NCBI GenBank assembly: GCA_037129925.1
Contig: JBAXTZ010000004.1
Coordinates: forward strand, 21,444-85,443
Direction of reading: 5' to 3'
DNA from: Bacillota bacterium
GTDB lineage: Bacteria > Bacillota > Negativicutes > JBAXTZ01
Length of the DNA: 64,000 bases
The translations under genes and the position numbers were made by a program. Below, in pieces: positions 46,942 through 57,247 of the stretch. Positions within the stretch are counted from its first letter, which is position 1. Each line of letters begins with the position of its first letter. The notes under the pieces are model-generated. The model was not told the DNA's origin. It saw nothing but the letters and a program-made list of their open reading frames with translations, and did not search any database.

Positions 46942-48310
46942 CCAGCGTGGTCATTGCTTCAGCGATGACCCGGGTGCCAAACATTAATTCATCGATATCG
47001 GCATTTTCATCGGCATTATGCTCCCGACCAGACTTGCCGCCGGGAATTCCCATACCAAACGCTACGGTGTTTGGTAATTTTTTTGCGTAAGTGCCGCCAC
47101 CCATCGTGACCGGTTCCAATTCTTTTCCAAAATGTTTGCAAAATATCGCATTGAGCGTCGTAACCAAATAACTGTCTTTGGGGAAATACAACGGGTGGGT
47201 AAACTTGCCAATTTCCAGCTGCAGTCCTGCTGCTGCCGCAGTTTTGGCGACATCATCAGCCGCCTGTTCCGGCTTGAAAGTCACCGGAATCCGCACATCA
47301 CAGCCGACCGAAACAACATCGTTTTCACAACGAATCCGCGCCAGATTCAGGGTCAATTTCCCGGATGGTTGGTCTTCATAGCCGATACCCAAAGACTGTC
47401 CGTTCACATCTCTGCCAATAATTCTATTTATAATTCTAACAAACTCGGCTATCGAACCATTTAGCTTTTGCGTTGCCAAAAACGCCACTAATTTTGTGAT
47501 AGCGTTATCGCCCTTTTCCGGAGTTGAACCGTGCGCGGCGATACCTGTTGCCTGCAAGACTACTTTACCATCAATAATTTCCGCAGTTATTCCGGCAACT
47601 GCATTGGCAGTATTAACAAAAGCTGCTGCATTTTCGCTAACAACCGTGGCGCTTACGGCAGTTGGCACAATATTCATGGTGTCGCCGCCAAAAATACTCT
47701 CAATATATTCGCCACTGCCATTATCAACGATTTCCATCGACAAAAACGGGTGAATACCACCTTTTTCACCATAAACAACCGGAAAAGCTCCATCCGGAGT
47801 GAAGCCGAAAAGCGGGGACGGCGCGTGCGCTACATAGTATTCCATATCTTTCATGCCGCTTTCTTCATTACAGCCAAAGATTATCCGCACCCGGTGTTTG
47901 AGTTCGATACCAGCATCCTTAATTGCCTTCAAAGCGTACAGTGCGGCAATAATCGGACCCTTGTTATCATTACTTCCCCGCCCGATAATCTGATTATCAA
48001 TAATTCGCCCCTCAAGCGGCGGCACACTCCAGCCCTCACCCAGCGCTACGATGTCCAGATGTCCCAATACCGCGACATATTCGTCGCCAGCACCGTATTC
48101 AGCGTAACCGCAGTAACCATCCATATTAACCGTCGTGAACCCAAAACTAGCCGCCAGCACCAGCGCCTGATCCAATGCCTTGCGATTTTCCACACCAAAC
48201 GGCGCACCGGCTGCCGGTTCGGACTTGACACTTTCAAAATGAATCAACTCCTGAATTGATGCGATCATCGCCGCTTTGTTTTGCTCAATTAACTGAAATA
48301 CCTTTTCCAT
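46934..48310 (-). CDS. M20 family metallopeptidase (dipeptidase PepV-like / N-acyl-amino-acid amidohydrolase-like)
   Basis: M20 metal-binding motifs (GHLDIV, GRGSNDNKG, EE). The dimerisation/lid domain is present. Start taken at MEKVFQ after AGGGGGA. Confidence 0.85.
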   Translation of the reverse strand: MEKVFQLIEQNKAAMIASIQELIHFESVKSEPAAGAPFGVENRKALDQALVLAASFGFTTVNMDGYCGYAEYGAGDEYVAVLGHLDIVALGEGWSVPPLEGRIIDNQIIGRGSNDNKGPIIAALYALKAIKDAGIELKHRVRIIFGCNEESGMKDMEYYVAHAPSPLFGFTPDGAFPVVYGEKGGIHPFLSMEIVDNGSGEYIESIFGGDTMNIVPTAVSATVVSENAAAFVNTANAVAGITAEIIDGKVVLQATGIAAHGSTPEKGDNAITKLVAFLATQKLNGSIAEFVRIINRIIGRDVNGQSLGIGYEDQPSGKLTLNLARIRCENDVVSVGCDVRIPVTFKPEQAADDVAKTAAAAGLQLEIGKFTHPLYFPKDSYLVTTLNAIFCKHFGKELEPVTMGGGTYAKKLPNTVAFGMGIPGGKSGREHNADENADIDELMFGTRVIAEAMTTLAR

Positions 48311-48363
48311 TTTATCTATTCCCCCTTTCACCATTCACAATTTTACCTACAACCAGATAATTC

Positions 48364-48389
48364 GGGCGCACACACAGGTGCGCCCCTAC
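48364..48389. repeat. REP-like hairpin element, copy B (gggcgcac-acacag-gtgcgccc-ctac)
   Basis: Same architecture, flanks and loop as copy A at 31721. Two stem positions changed with compensation. Confidence 0.5.
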
Positions 48390-48436
48390 CCGCAATTTCT
48401 TTATTTCCCATACCCTAATCCCCATTCCCTATTACT

Positions 48437-50253
48437 CTATCTTAACAAATTCAAAAAGTAATTACTTTTAATAACCGTGTCGGCAACCTCCAACCCTTTA
48501 AGAACCCGCTGTTTCAATTGCTCGGTAATGTTTGCGCCTACCACCTGACGATTAGCAAGCACTGCAAAGTCTTCATTGGTGTTCAACAAATTGCGTCCGA
48601 CCGCCGAGTAGGCATATTCCTTAGCGGGAATTCCTAATAAATACGCTAATGTCGGCATTACATCAATTTCGCCTCCGGTTGTTGTCAGTCGCTCGCCTAC
48701 TTTTGCTTCCTGATAGATGATAAACGGCACACGCTTGCCATTGTTTTTCCACCAGTTCCGTTCCGGTTGAACTGTAGCGATACCGTCCTCATAATAGCGG
48801 TGCACGCCTTCGTGGTCACCATACACCGCGATTACCGAATGATCCAGTAAATCATACTTTTGCAATTCATTCAAGAAATTACCCAACATCCGGTCGGAAT
48901 AATTTATACTCTGCAAATAGTCGCCCATTTTGGATTGTTCCAATGACGGCGGCAGTTTTAGTTCGCGATATTTTTTCGGCAGATCAAAAGGACCGTGGCT
49001 GGAGAGTGTTACTATAAAAGCATAAAAAGGTTGCTGAAATTTCGCCAGTTTTTCGGCAGTTTGTTGCAAATATGGGCCATCGGCAAATCCCATGCCAAAG
49101 GATTCGTTCATATTGTATTCCGACACCGTGACAAATTTTTCAAAACCCATCGCGGCAAACGCCGGGCGAACATTCCACATCGAACCATCATCGCTTTGAA
49201 AAGCCGTCGCAGAATAACCATTGCGGCGCAAAACATTAGGCAATGTATTATAGGCGTTATTAGGAAAGCGAAAAAAAGTGCTGCCCTGACGCAGTGGATA
49301 CACCGAACAATTAGCCATAAATTCGGCGTCGCTACTATTGCCTTCGTTAACCTGTTCATAGAAATTATTAAAATAGTAACCATGCGCCGCCATCCGATTT
49401 AAGTTCGGCGTAATCTCCTGACCGTCGAAGTCTTGATTAATAACAAAATTTTCTAGCGACTCAAACTGAATTAAAATCAAATTTTTGCCGCGATATGCCG
49501 CCCAACGATTGTTTTCGGGAAGAATTTCGGCATTTTCTTCCAGCCACTTGTAAATATCGTTTTTTTCCAATTCGCTAAGAATCATAGGTTGGCTGTCGCG
49601 CCAGTAAGTATATAAACTATACAAGTGATAACCGCCCGGAGAAATATTTCGCGCGGTAACATTATTATCCCAAGGAAAAATAATAAAGTGATACTTGCCA
49701 TACCATTCAAATTTTACCGCAAGAAACTGCGACGACAGCAATACCGCGACGATCAGCTGCGTCAATAGAAATGACTTCCAACTAAAGCGAAACCGCAACA
49801 ACCGGCGCCGCTGCCAAAACACTAGCGCCAAAATCAGCGGTAGATCCACCAAAAAAAATGCGTCCACGGCGCGTATTAAAGAAACGGTAACGTCAAATAG
49901 ACTCTCGGCTCCGGTCGTCTGTCCGAGCGAGTGCGCTGACGGCAAAGTCTTGAAGCCGCGAAAATAAATCGCATCCATAATGAATATTATCGAAATAAAC
50001 AGATAAATTCCCAGCAAAAACAGTGGTCGGCGCCAATTTCTAAATAAATAAGCGAACGCAACCAACAGCAATGCAAATGACAAATAAAACTGCCAATATT
50101 GCAACAATATTTCACCAGTCTGTTCCAGCGCCGCCCAATCAACGACCGGCGTAAAAGTTACCGCCGTCAACAAGGCACTTTTGAAAATAATTCCGATAAT
50201 CACATAACAGATTAGCCAATGCGGCAAGGCTGCAGCTATTTTTTTAATATTCA
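48437..50253 (-). CDS. LTA-synthase (LtaS) family sulfatase-domain membrane protein
   Basis: N-terminal 5-TM domain plus extracellular alkaline-phosphatase-superfamily domain. The start coordinate is approximate (MNIKKIAAAL). Confidence 0.8.
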
Positions 50254-50367
50254 TTAACCTCACACACTCTCCGTCGTCTCTTATAATATAAGTTCGCCAT
50301 AAAACTCGAAATTCCTGCAAAAAAAGCAGATTGTTCAAAAAGAACAACCTGCTCATAACCTAATTTT

Positions 50368-51576
50368 CTATAGTTCTACACCGTATTCTTTTGCGACCCG
50401 CTCAAACATATTGATTGCTTTGCGGACGTATTTGCGTTTTTCTTGATATGGTCGATAGAAAAACGACCGCTTAAATCCGCAAACGATACTATCCATAAGT
50501 TTTTTCGGACCAATGTCAAAATTATCTACTGCCAATCGCAACTCGGTGCAAATATCGTTATGCGACATTAACCGGTTGTCGGTGCAGAAAGTCACCGCCA
50601 GATTGCGTTCTAACATTTTTTTGACCGGATGATCCTTCATGTTTCTGATTTCCGGCAATGTCTGCATATTACTCGTTAGACAGACTTCCAAAGTAATCCG
50701 GCGATCAGCAATATAGTTGGCTAACCGTTCAACAAAACCGTTCTTTTCAACATCCATCTGATAACCATGGATTTTGTCCAAATTAAATAACTGGGTGCCG
50801 TGTCCGACACGCTCGGCATTTAATTTTTCCAGCGCCCGATAAATCGATTCAGCCCCGTAAGCCTCTCCAGCGTGAACAGTGCGGCTGATAAACGACTTAT
50901 GGACTTCGGCAAAGGCTGCGGCATGTTTATCCGCTGGATAACCATCCTCAGCACCCGCCAAGTCGAAACCGACGATCTGACAATCCGTTTCGCTCCGCAT
51001 TTTCGCGGTCGCCCGTGCTACTTCCAGGCTGGCTAATTGAAATCGTTCAGTTGGTGTTGCATACGGTAACGCGTCAACCACTCCCTTATAGTAAGGTGAG
51101 TAGAACTCGTTCCAACAGCGCATCGCGCAAATAATTATGCCATACTCAAATTCCGGGTCAGTGTCGGGTATCAGGCGATTGATTTCCGCTTGCGCCATTT
51201 TGAAGCCGCGGTCAACAGCGGCAACAATCTGTTCAAAAGTCATGCCATAGCCCATGTGCAATTGCGGCGCGAACCGTGATTCCAGATAGCGCACCCCTTC
51301 GTTAAAACAATCCCAGGCCAACTCATAAGCCACCCTGGTTAAAGCTTCTTCATCACGCATGACTGCGCCAGTATACATAAATCCTTGTAGATATTCGACC
51401 AAAGAAGCGTACTCCGGCTTATAAACCAGAGCATTCATTCCCTCTTCGGTATAGGCCGGCAATTCGACTTTACGTTCTTTTGCCATCTCAATCAGCGATT
51501 TTAATCGTAACGAACCATCCAAATGACAGTGTAAGTCGGTCTTGGGAATGGCGCGCAAAAATGCATCTGTATACAT
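50368..51576 (-). CDS. Adenosine deaminase family amidohydrolase
   Basis: Signature TDLHCHLDGS and metal ligands. 402 aa. Confidence 0.8.
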   Translation of the reverse strand: MYTDAFLRAIPKTDLHCHLDGSLRLKSLIEMAKERKVELPAYTEEGMNALVYKPEYASLVEYLQGFMYTGAVMRDEEALTRVAYELAWDCFNEGVRYLESRFAPQLHMGYGMTFEQIVAAVDRGFKMAQAEINRLIPDTDPEFEYGIIICAMRCWNEFYSPYYKGVVDALPYATPTERFQLASLEVARATAKMRSETDCQIVGFDLAGAEDGYPADKHAAAFAEVHKSFISRTVHAGEAYGAESIYRALEKLNAERVGHGTQLFNLDKIHGYQMDVEKNGFVERLANYIADRRITLEVCLTSNMQTLPEIRNMKDHPVKKMLERNLAVTFCTDNRLMSHNDICTELRLAVDNFDIGPKKLMDSIVCGFKRSFFYRPYQEKRKYVRKAINMFERVAKEYGVEL

Positions 51577-51606
51577 ATTCCCTCCGTCAGGTATATCAAT
51601 CGCGGC

Positions 51607-52182
51607 TTAGTAAGGAATTACCTTTTTGCCAAAAGCATCATGCAATAATTGTCCGCAGGCCGCATAGATTGCCAGCAATCCGCAAACGATACCCTCGTAA
51701 CCAGCTACCATTGTTATGCCTTTGTTACCAGATAAATCTCCGGCTGCCAGCAGAAAAAACAACACCACTAACGTTCCGAATACCCACTGGCTGGAACGGG
51801 GATGTTTGCGGGTGCAGATGAACATAACCAACGAGAACAGTCCCCACAAAAATAAAAACGACGCCATTGCCGGTCCGGTCGGCGCTGCAAATCCGGCTTT
51901 AGGCAACCATAATATCCCGATTAACGATAACCAGAAAAATCCATAGGAGGTAAACGCTGTAGCGCCAAAAGTATTCCCTTTACGGAATTCCATAATGCCG
52001 GCAATTACTTGAGAAATCCCGCCGTAAAAAATACCGATGCTCACTACTACTGATGTTAACGGCATAATTCCGGCGTTTGCCAGATTAAGCAACACGGTCG
52101 TCATGCCGAACCCCAGCAGTCCCAGCGGCGCAGGGTTGGCGATGGAATCGGCAAGTTGAATTTTGGTTTCGTTCATAATCAA
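51607..52182 (-). CDS. GPR1/FUN34/YaaH (SatP) family acetate/succinate channel
   Basis: N-terminal signature NPAPLGLLGFGMTT. 6 TM helices. Confidence 0.85.
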   Translation of the reverse strand: MIMNETKIQLADSIANPAPLGLLGFGMTTVLLNLANAGIMPLTSVVVSIGIFYGGISQVIAGIMEFRKGNTFGATAFTSYGFFWLSLIGILWLPKAGFAAPTGPAMASFLFLWGLFSLVMFICTRKHPRSSQWVFGTLVVLFFLLAAGDLSGNKGITMVAGYEGIVCGLLAIYAACGQLLHDAFGKKVIPY

Positions 52183-52244
52183 TTCTCCTTGAAATTATTT
52201 ATTGCGATATGCCAATTTTACACTTATAGACACTGATTCCGCAA

Positions 52245-54200
52245 TCATTTTTTTATAAACAACGAGCGGTAATACAACAAATTGCCAACTTGCGTTATTG
52301 GTCCGCCAAAAATGCTGGTCAACAACCTATTTCCCGTTCCGTCCGGCTTCATTTTCCACAAACCTCGATCACCGATTTTGCTGTAATACAGATATTCGCC
52401 ATCAGCGCTTAAGTAACCACAGCGCTCGCTGCTGACTTTTACTAGCGCTCCAGTATCCACGTCCAGCGAATAAATTCGGTTGTCATCATCATAATTCGCG
52501 AAATACACCAGTCCGTTACTTACAACAAAGAACGCCGCGCTGTTGTCGCTAAGCCGCTCCGGCTGTCCGCCGAACAGCGCCACTCGATAAATTCGGTAGT
52601 TATCGCTCCAATTCAGATAATAAACATAGCCGTCGTCCACACAAATATTTTCTACGCCGCCAGAGGCAATTTGACTCTCAGCGCCACTTATCAAATTGCG
52701 TTTAAACAAATTATTGTCCTGTTTAGATCTGGTCCGCAATTCGGACTTGGCATACACCAGCCAGTCACCGCTTATTTGTAACCAGCGTGCCGGAACATCG
52801 GCTACCAAGTCCTTTTTCTTGCCGTCCAGCGTAATGCGATAAATTTTTTGGTTATCACTCCAGTTTTCATAGTATATGAAGTTGTTATACAAACAAAGCC
52901 CGGCGGCGCTATCTTTGCAGAATGGTTCAATGAAAGTATCGCCCTTAATCTGCCCGCTACCGTCCGGACGAACGCTATAAATCCGGCTGTCACTGCCGCC
53001 ATATGTGTCCCCGGCGGCTTCTACATAATAAATCCACTCGCCGTCAAATAGCGCTAGGTTATGATTAGCGCTATTACTGGCAACACTATCGTGGTTAATA
53101 ATCAATTTTTCGCCAATCGGCAAAAAATTTTGCAGCTGCGGCTGTTCCAAATAATCAACAATAGATTTGGCAATAACCGCCGCAGACTTCTGCCGATTGA
53201 CCCGGTCACTAATCATTTTGGCATCACCGTTGTTCGGAAACATCGTTACTTCGGCTAACACGGCTGGCATCCAGGTAGAATTCAACACGCTCAATCCCGG
53301 ACGGTCTTGCACCGGATATTCATGAGTGCGCAACGCGTCTACTAAGTTGTCATTCATCGCGATAGCCAAGTCCTTTGCCGGTTTAATTGCCATAGAATTA
53401 TATAGCACGGTAGTGCCTTTATACATTTTTGCCGCTTTTTCACTTAGTGCTTTAGCATCAAAAGCATTGTTGTGAATCGAGACAAACAGATCGGCGCCTA
53501 ACAAGTTTGCCGCCTCCGCGCGTGGTCCAAGATCGAGATCAATATCCGCTTCGCGGGTCAGATAAACACCAGTTTGCGCTTTTTTTAAGTAGTCCCTGGT
53601 CATGCCGGCAATATCCAGATTAACATCCTTTTCATAGATATTATTGCCGGTAGTACCGAGGTCATCTGGACCGCCATGCCCCGGGTCAATCGCCACCAAC
53701 CGTTTCGGATTGCTGGCATCCGTCACCCGTACCGCCACAAAAGTTTGCAACATTACTGTCTTATCGTCGGGAAAACTATAGCGGCGTTTTATCGGTAGCA
53801 CTTCGTATTTACTGCCTTTGGTTAATTTTAGCGTAAAAACAGCCTGATTGAGCGAGGTTTCGGCAGCCGCACCGACAATCAATTTGCCGTTCGCATTATT
53901 TTGCCAAGGAACTTTCCCGCCGGCAAACAGCGGCTCTCCGTCTACGGTAATTATCAGTTCGCCATTTTGCCAGCGTTCATAATATACTGGTTGCACCAAA
54001 TATTTGTTGATATCCGGCGCGGCATTATTATTGAATGTCTCAGTAACCGCAATACCAAAAACTTCGCGCCCCTCAGCCGCAAAAAAAACCGTCCTTGTTA
54101 TCTGCTGTTTACCAGCGGCGCTTGCCAAACGCGGCACAGCCAAAACCACTACAACCACAACCATCACTAAAACTATAGCCACTACCAACACTCTAATCAT
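52245..54200 (-). CDS. N-acetylmuramoyl-L-alanine amidase (Amidase_3) with C-terminal beta-propeller-like repeat domain
   Basis: N-terminal TM/signal anchor. Amidase_3 core (VAIDPGHGGPD...). C-terminal repeats with YYV/LVY motifs. Confidence 0.8.
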   Translation of the reverse strand: MIRVLVVAIVLVMVVVVVVLAVPRLASAAGKQQITRTVFFAAEGREVFGIAVTETFNNNAAPDINKYLVQPVYYERWQNGELIITVDGEPLFAGGKVPWQNNANGKLIVGAAAETSLNQAVFTLKLTKGSKYEVLPIKRRYSFPDDKTVMLQTFVAVRVTDASNPKRLVAIDPGHGGPDDLGTTGNNIYEKDVNLDIAGMTRDYLKKAQTGVYLTREADIDLDLGPRAEAANLLGADLFVSIHNNAFDAKALSEKAAKMYKGTTVLYNSMAIKPAKDLAIAMNDNLVDALRTHEYPVQDRPGLSVLNSTWMPAVLAEVTMFPNNGDAKMISDRVNRQKSAAVIAKSIVDYLEQPQLQNFLPIGEKLIINHDSVASNSANHNLALFDGEWIYYVEAAGDTYGGSDSRIYSVRPDGSGQIKGDTFIEPFCKDSAAGLCLYNNFIYYENWSDNQKIYRITLDGKKKDLVADVPARWLQISGDWLVYAKSELRTRSKQDNNLFKRNLISGAESQIASGGVENICVDDGYVYYLNWSDNYRIYRVALFGGQPERLSDNSAAFFVVSNGLVYFANYDDDNRIYSLDVDTGALVKVSSERCGYLSADGEYLYYSKIGDRGLWKMKPDGTGNRLLTSIFGGPITQVGNLLYYRSLFIKK

Positions 54201-54291
54201 TCCGCCTCCAAAAAAAATAGTTAAGTATTTATGCGCCGCTGCGTCAAACACTTAACTATAATGATAATAACTTACCAAAGGTGCAAAGCGA

Positions 54292-55089
54292 CTAGTAGAA
54301 ATAATAGCTCAAGCCGTAATAAAAGCCATTATAGTTTACTGAACCGCTATCTACAGTGAGTAGCGCTGCACTAGTCACTGTAGAAACCAAATCCGACCCC
54401 CACCCCATAGTCCGGTAACCGGCATCGACGTTTAAGCCTTCGACAACATTTACCCGCACGCCTAGTTTTGCATCATAATAGTTGGCTATGATCGGAGTAG
54501 AGTAATTGATTTGGCCATACAAATCCGCCCGACCCGGCACGACCGGAATGTCAGCGCCAATACCAATAAACGGCACCACGCTCTCTACTGGTTGTCCGGC
54601 ATAAGCCATAGCGTTGTTAGCGGTAACGCCGCTACCGCTTACTGTATTCGATGCATCAAAAAGTTTCAAGCCGAAGCTGCCCCAAATGTGTTTGTTGCCA
54701 AAATCATACGCCAACCCAAAAATATTGGAATTGCCGCTGACGGAAACTGGGCCTATCGGAACACCACTAATTATTTTAGTGCTGGTCGTACCGCCACCAA
54801 AATTCAAGCGATCATAAGTAAATGTCAAACCGGAATTATCAAATTGGTAGTTAATTACCAAACTAGGCGCAAAGTTTGCTTTAGCACCTAAGTCGCTGCC
54901 ATAGTCTAAAGTTGTTTTCGCTGAACCAGCAAAACTAAATTCTTCGCTACCATGCATATTCGGCACCCAAAAATTCAATTCCGCGGTTAAACTGGTTTCG
55001 TAGGGATTGACTTCACTTACCCGCGCAAAAGCCGTGCTGGCCGCGACCAGTAATAGTAATGCCACGACTGTAATAAATAATTTTCTCAT
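54292..55089 (-). CDS. Outer-membrane beta-barrel protein
   Basis: Signal peptide MRKLFITVVALLLLVAASTAFA. Alternating amphipathic strands. C-terminal ...YYFY aromatic terminus. Confidence 0.6.
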   Translation of the reverse strand: MRKLFITVVALLLLVAASTAFARVSEVNPYETSLTAELNFWVPNMHGSEEFSFAGSAKTTLDYGSDLGAKANFAPSLVINYQFDNSGLTFTYDRLNFGGGTTSTKIISGVPIGPVSVSGNSNIFGLAYDFGNKHIWGSFGLKLFDASNTVSGSGVTANNAMAYAGQPVESVVPFIGIGADIPVVPGRADLYGQINYSTPIIANYYDAKLGVRVNVVEGLNVDAGYRTMGWGSDLVSTVTSAALLTVDSGSVNYNGFYYGLSYYFY

Positions 55090-55146
55090 ATCTTCCTCCA
55101 CTTTTCACATTCTATCATACCATGAGTGGGCGGGACAACCCCGCAC

Positions 55147-55800
55147 CTACCTTTTTCGCGCTAACAACAATCCGTCGGCAATCGGCACTATCGTCGAATC
55201 CACCCGCTCATCGGCGTTCACCCGGGCGCAAAAGTCTGCTGTGGTTTTGGCGATTTTTTCTGTCGGCTCCACAACCCGGCCGCCGCAAAACACATTGTCG
55301 ACCGCTACTAATCCGCCCGGACGGAGTAATGTTAGTGCATGTTCATAATACAGTTCATTAGCCAGCTTATTGGCATCGACAAAAACAAAGTCATAAGTAC
55401 CGGCTTCATTTTCTGCCAAACCCGCCACCGTTTGCTCGGCGGGGGCGATTATTAGATTGATTTTATGATCAACTCCGGCAAGCTGCCAATATCTTCTGGC
55501 GACTGCGCCGGTTTCGACATCAATATCACAGGCAACCAGCTGTCCATCGGCCGGTAGCGCTTGAGCAACGCAAAGCGCGCTATAACCAGTGAAAACTCCG
55601 ACTTCCAGAGCTTTTTTTGCGTTGACCAATTTTGCCAGCAACGCCATAAATTGTCCCTGTTCCGGCGAAATTTGAAAATTCGAACGCGGGTGTTTGGCAG
55701 TTTCTTCACGCAACGCCAACTGGACGGCCGTTTCATTGGTTGAGTGTTTTACCATAAATTCGTATAGTCCGTCAGTCATTTCAATAGTTTTATTTGCCAC
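55147..55800 (-). CDS. Class I SAM-dependent O-methyltransferase (family 3, caffeoyl-CoA OMT-like)
   Basis: 217 aa. SAM motif LEVGVFTGYS and conserved Asp/Asn metal-site pattern. Confidence 0.85.
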   Translation of the reverse strand: MANKTIEMTDGLYEFMVKHSTNETAVQLALREETAKHPRSNFQISPEQGQFMALLAKLVNAKKALEVGVFTGYSALCVAQALPADGQLVACDIDVETGAVARRYWQLAGVDHKINLIIAPAEQTVAGLAENEAGTYDFVFVDANKLANELYYEHALTLLRPGGLVAVDNVFCGGRVVEPTEKIAKTTADFCARVNADERVDSTIVPIADGLLLARKR

Positions 55801-55945
55801 TAGTCCTCCAAAAATTTAATATATTCTCTGCCTTGATAATTGGATATTGCTATTCTAACATGCTATAATTTCCATATAAATTATGTTATGCAACATGTTC
55901 ATAAGCATAATCATTTTTCTGTTGCTAGATTACGAGGAGATTGTG

Positions 55946-56497
55946 ATGAAAAAACTTATATTTTTGTTTGTCGCGCTATTAGTTCTCTGTCTTAGCTCCG
56001 TCAGTTATGCCTGGTTTCCGGATTACACCCAAGCCTATAACGATGACATCAACCGCGGCGATTTCGATAGCGCTATCGCCCTCGATCCGACAAATGCCAA
56101 AGCCTACTGGTTTCGCGGACGAAGCGAGGTGTGGCACAGTCAGTTTGATGCGGCTATCAGCGATATGAATTATAGCATAAAACGCGACTATAGTCTCACG
56201 GATTCATATTTTTATCGCGGTCGAGCCTATGCCGGAAAAGCAATCGCGTCGCCGAATGCTACCACTCTTACAGCTCAAGCAATAGCCGACTTTGACGAAA
56301 CGATAAAACGTGATGCCAACTACGGAAATGCCTATTTTTTTCGAGCCGGTGTTTATGAACAAACCGGTGATCTAACAAAAGCGATTAGCGATTATCAAAA
56401 GTATTTAGCTTTAAAAAACGACAATACCGATCCAACGCTCGTCGGCTACGCCGAGCAGAGAATCGTCAACCTTAAAGCCTGTTGTCAGGCCGACTGA
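55946..56497 (+). CDS. Secreted tetratricopeptide-repeat protein
   Basis: ATG at 55946 after GAGGAGA. Signal peptide. Repeated AYxxRG-type TPR units. Confidence 0.7.
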   Translation: MKKLIFLFVALLVLCLSSVSYAWFPDYTQAYNDDINRGDFDSAIALDPTNAKAYWFRGRSEVWHSQFDAAISDMNYSIKRDYSLTDSYFYRGRAYAGKAIASPNATTLTAQAIADFDETIKRDANYGNAYFFRAGVYEQTGDLTKAISDYQKYLALKNDNTDPTLVGYAEQRIVNLKACCQAD

Positions 56498-56582
56498 CAT
56501 AAATTGCTATTTTATTATTGAATAAACCCAAAATAAAATCTATAATACGCCTGCGTTAATTTTTCAAAATTTAGGAGGGCAG

Positions 56583-57215
56583 ATGAGTTCAACGTTAAAG
56601 CAAATTGCTGAGGCTATGCTCGATGGTCTTACAAAAAAAACCAAGGAACTTACCGAAAAGGCCGTTGCCGAAGGCATACCGGCAAAAATCATTTTAAACG
56701 ACGGGTTGCTTGCCGGAATGCAAGAAGTCGGCATACTATTTAAGGATGGCGAGTTGTTCGTTCCCGAAGTGCTAATTGCCGCAAAAGCAATGAATATGGG
56801 GATGGAAGTGCTAGCTCCACTGTTAAGCTCCGGTGATGTCAACCAACGCGGCGTGGCATTATTAGCTACCGTCCAAGGCGATTTGCACGATGTCGGCGTG
56901 AAATTGGTGGGTATGATGTTAAAAGGCAATGGTTACGAAATAATTAATTTAGGCATTGATATTCCCACAGAAACTATCGTCGCCGCAGTAAAAGAACACC
57001 GACCGAAGATATTGGGAATGTCGGCAATGCTCACTACAACGATGGTCGCAACCCGGGACGTTATCGCCGCTTTGAAAGCCGAGGGTCTATATGATGACCT
57101 GGTGGTTATGGTTGGCGGCGCGCCGGTAACGGAACAATTCGCCAAAAGCGTAGGCGCGTTATATGCTTCCGATGCATCAACTGCTGTTGATGTGGCTAAC
57201 GCGGCACTGGAATAA
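56583..57215 (+). CDS. Cobalamin (corrinoid)-binding protein of methyltransferase systems
   Basis: B12-binding N-terminal helical cap plus Rossmann domain with DxHxxG motif (GDLHDVG). 210 aa. Confidence 0.85.
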   Translation: MSSTLKQIAEAMLDGLTKKTKELTEKAVAEGIPAKIILNDGLLAGMQEVGILFKDGELFVPEVLIAAKAMNMGMEVLAPLLSSGDVNQRGVALLATVQGDLHDVGVKLVGMMLKGNGYEIINLGIDIPTETIVAAVKEHRPKILGMSAMLTTTMVATRDVIAALKAEGLYDDLVVMVGGAPVTEQFAKSVGALYASDASTAVDVANAALE

Positions 57216-57247
57216 AGCTGAATTATGAAAGCTGAAATCTGAAATTT

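Noticed and set aside
48395-48430. C-rich direct repeats tcccataccctaa / tccccattccctat between the LtaS-family gene and the hairpin element.
   Set aside because: Only two imperfect copies. They could be chance in a short spacer. No supporting second locus was found.
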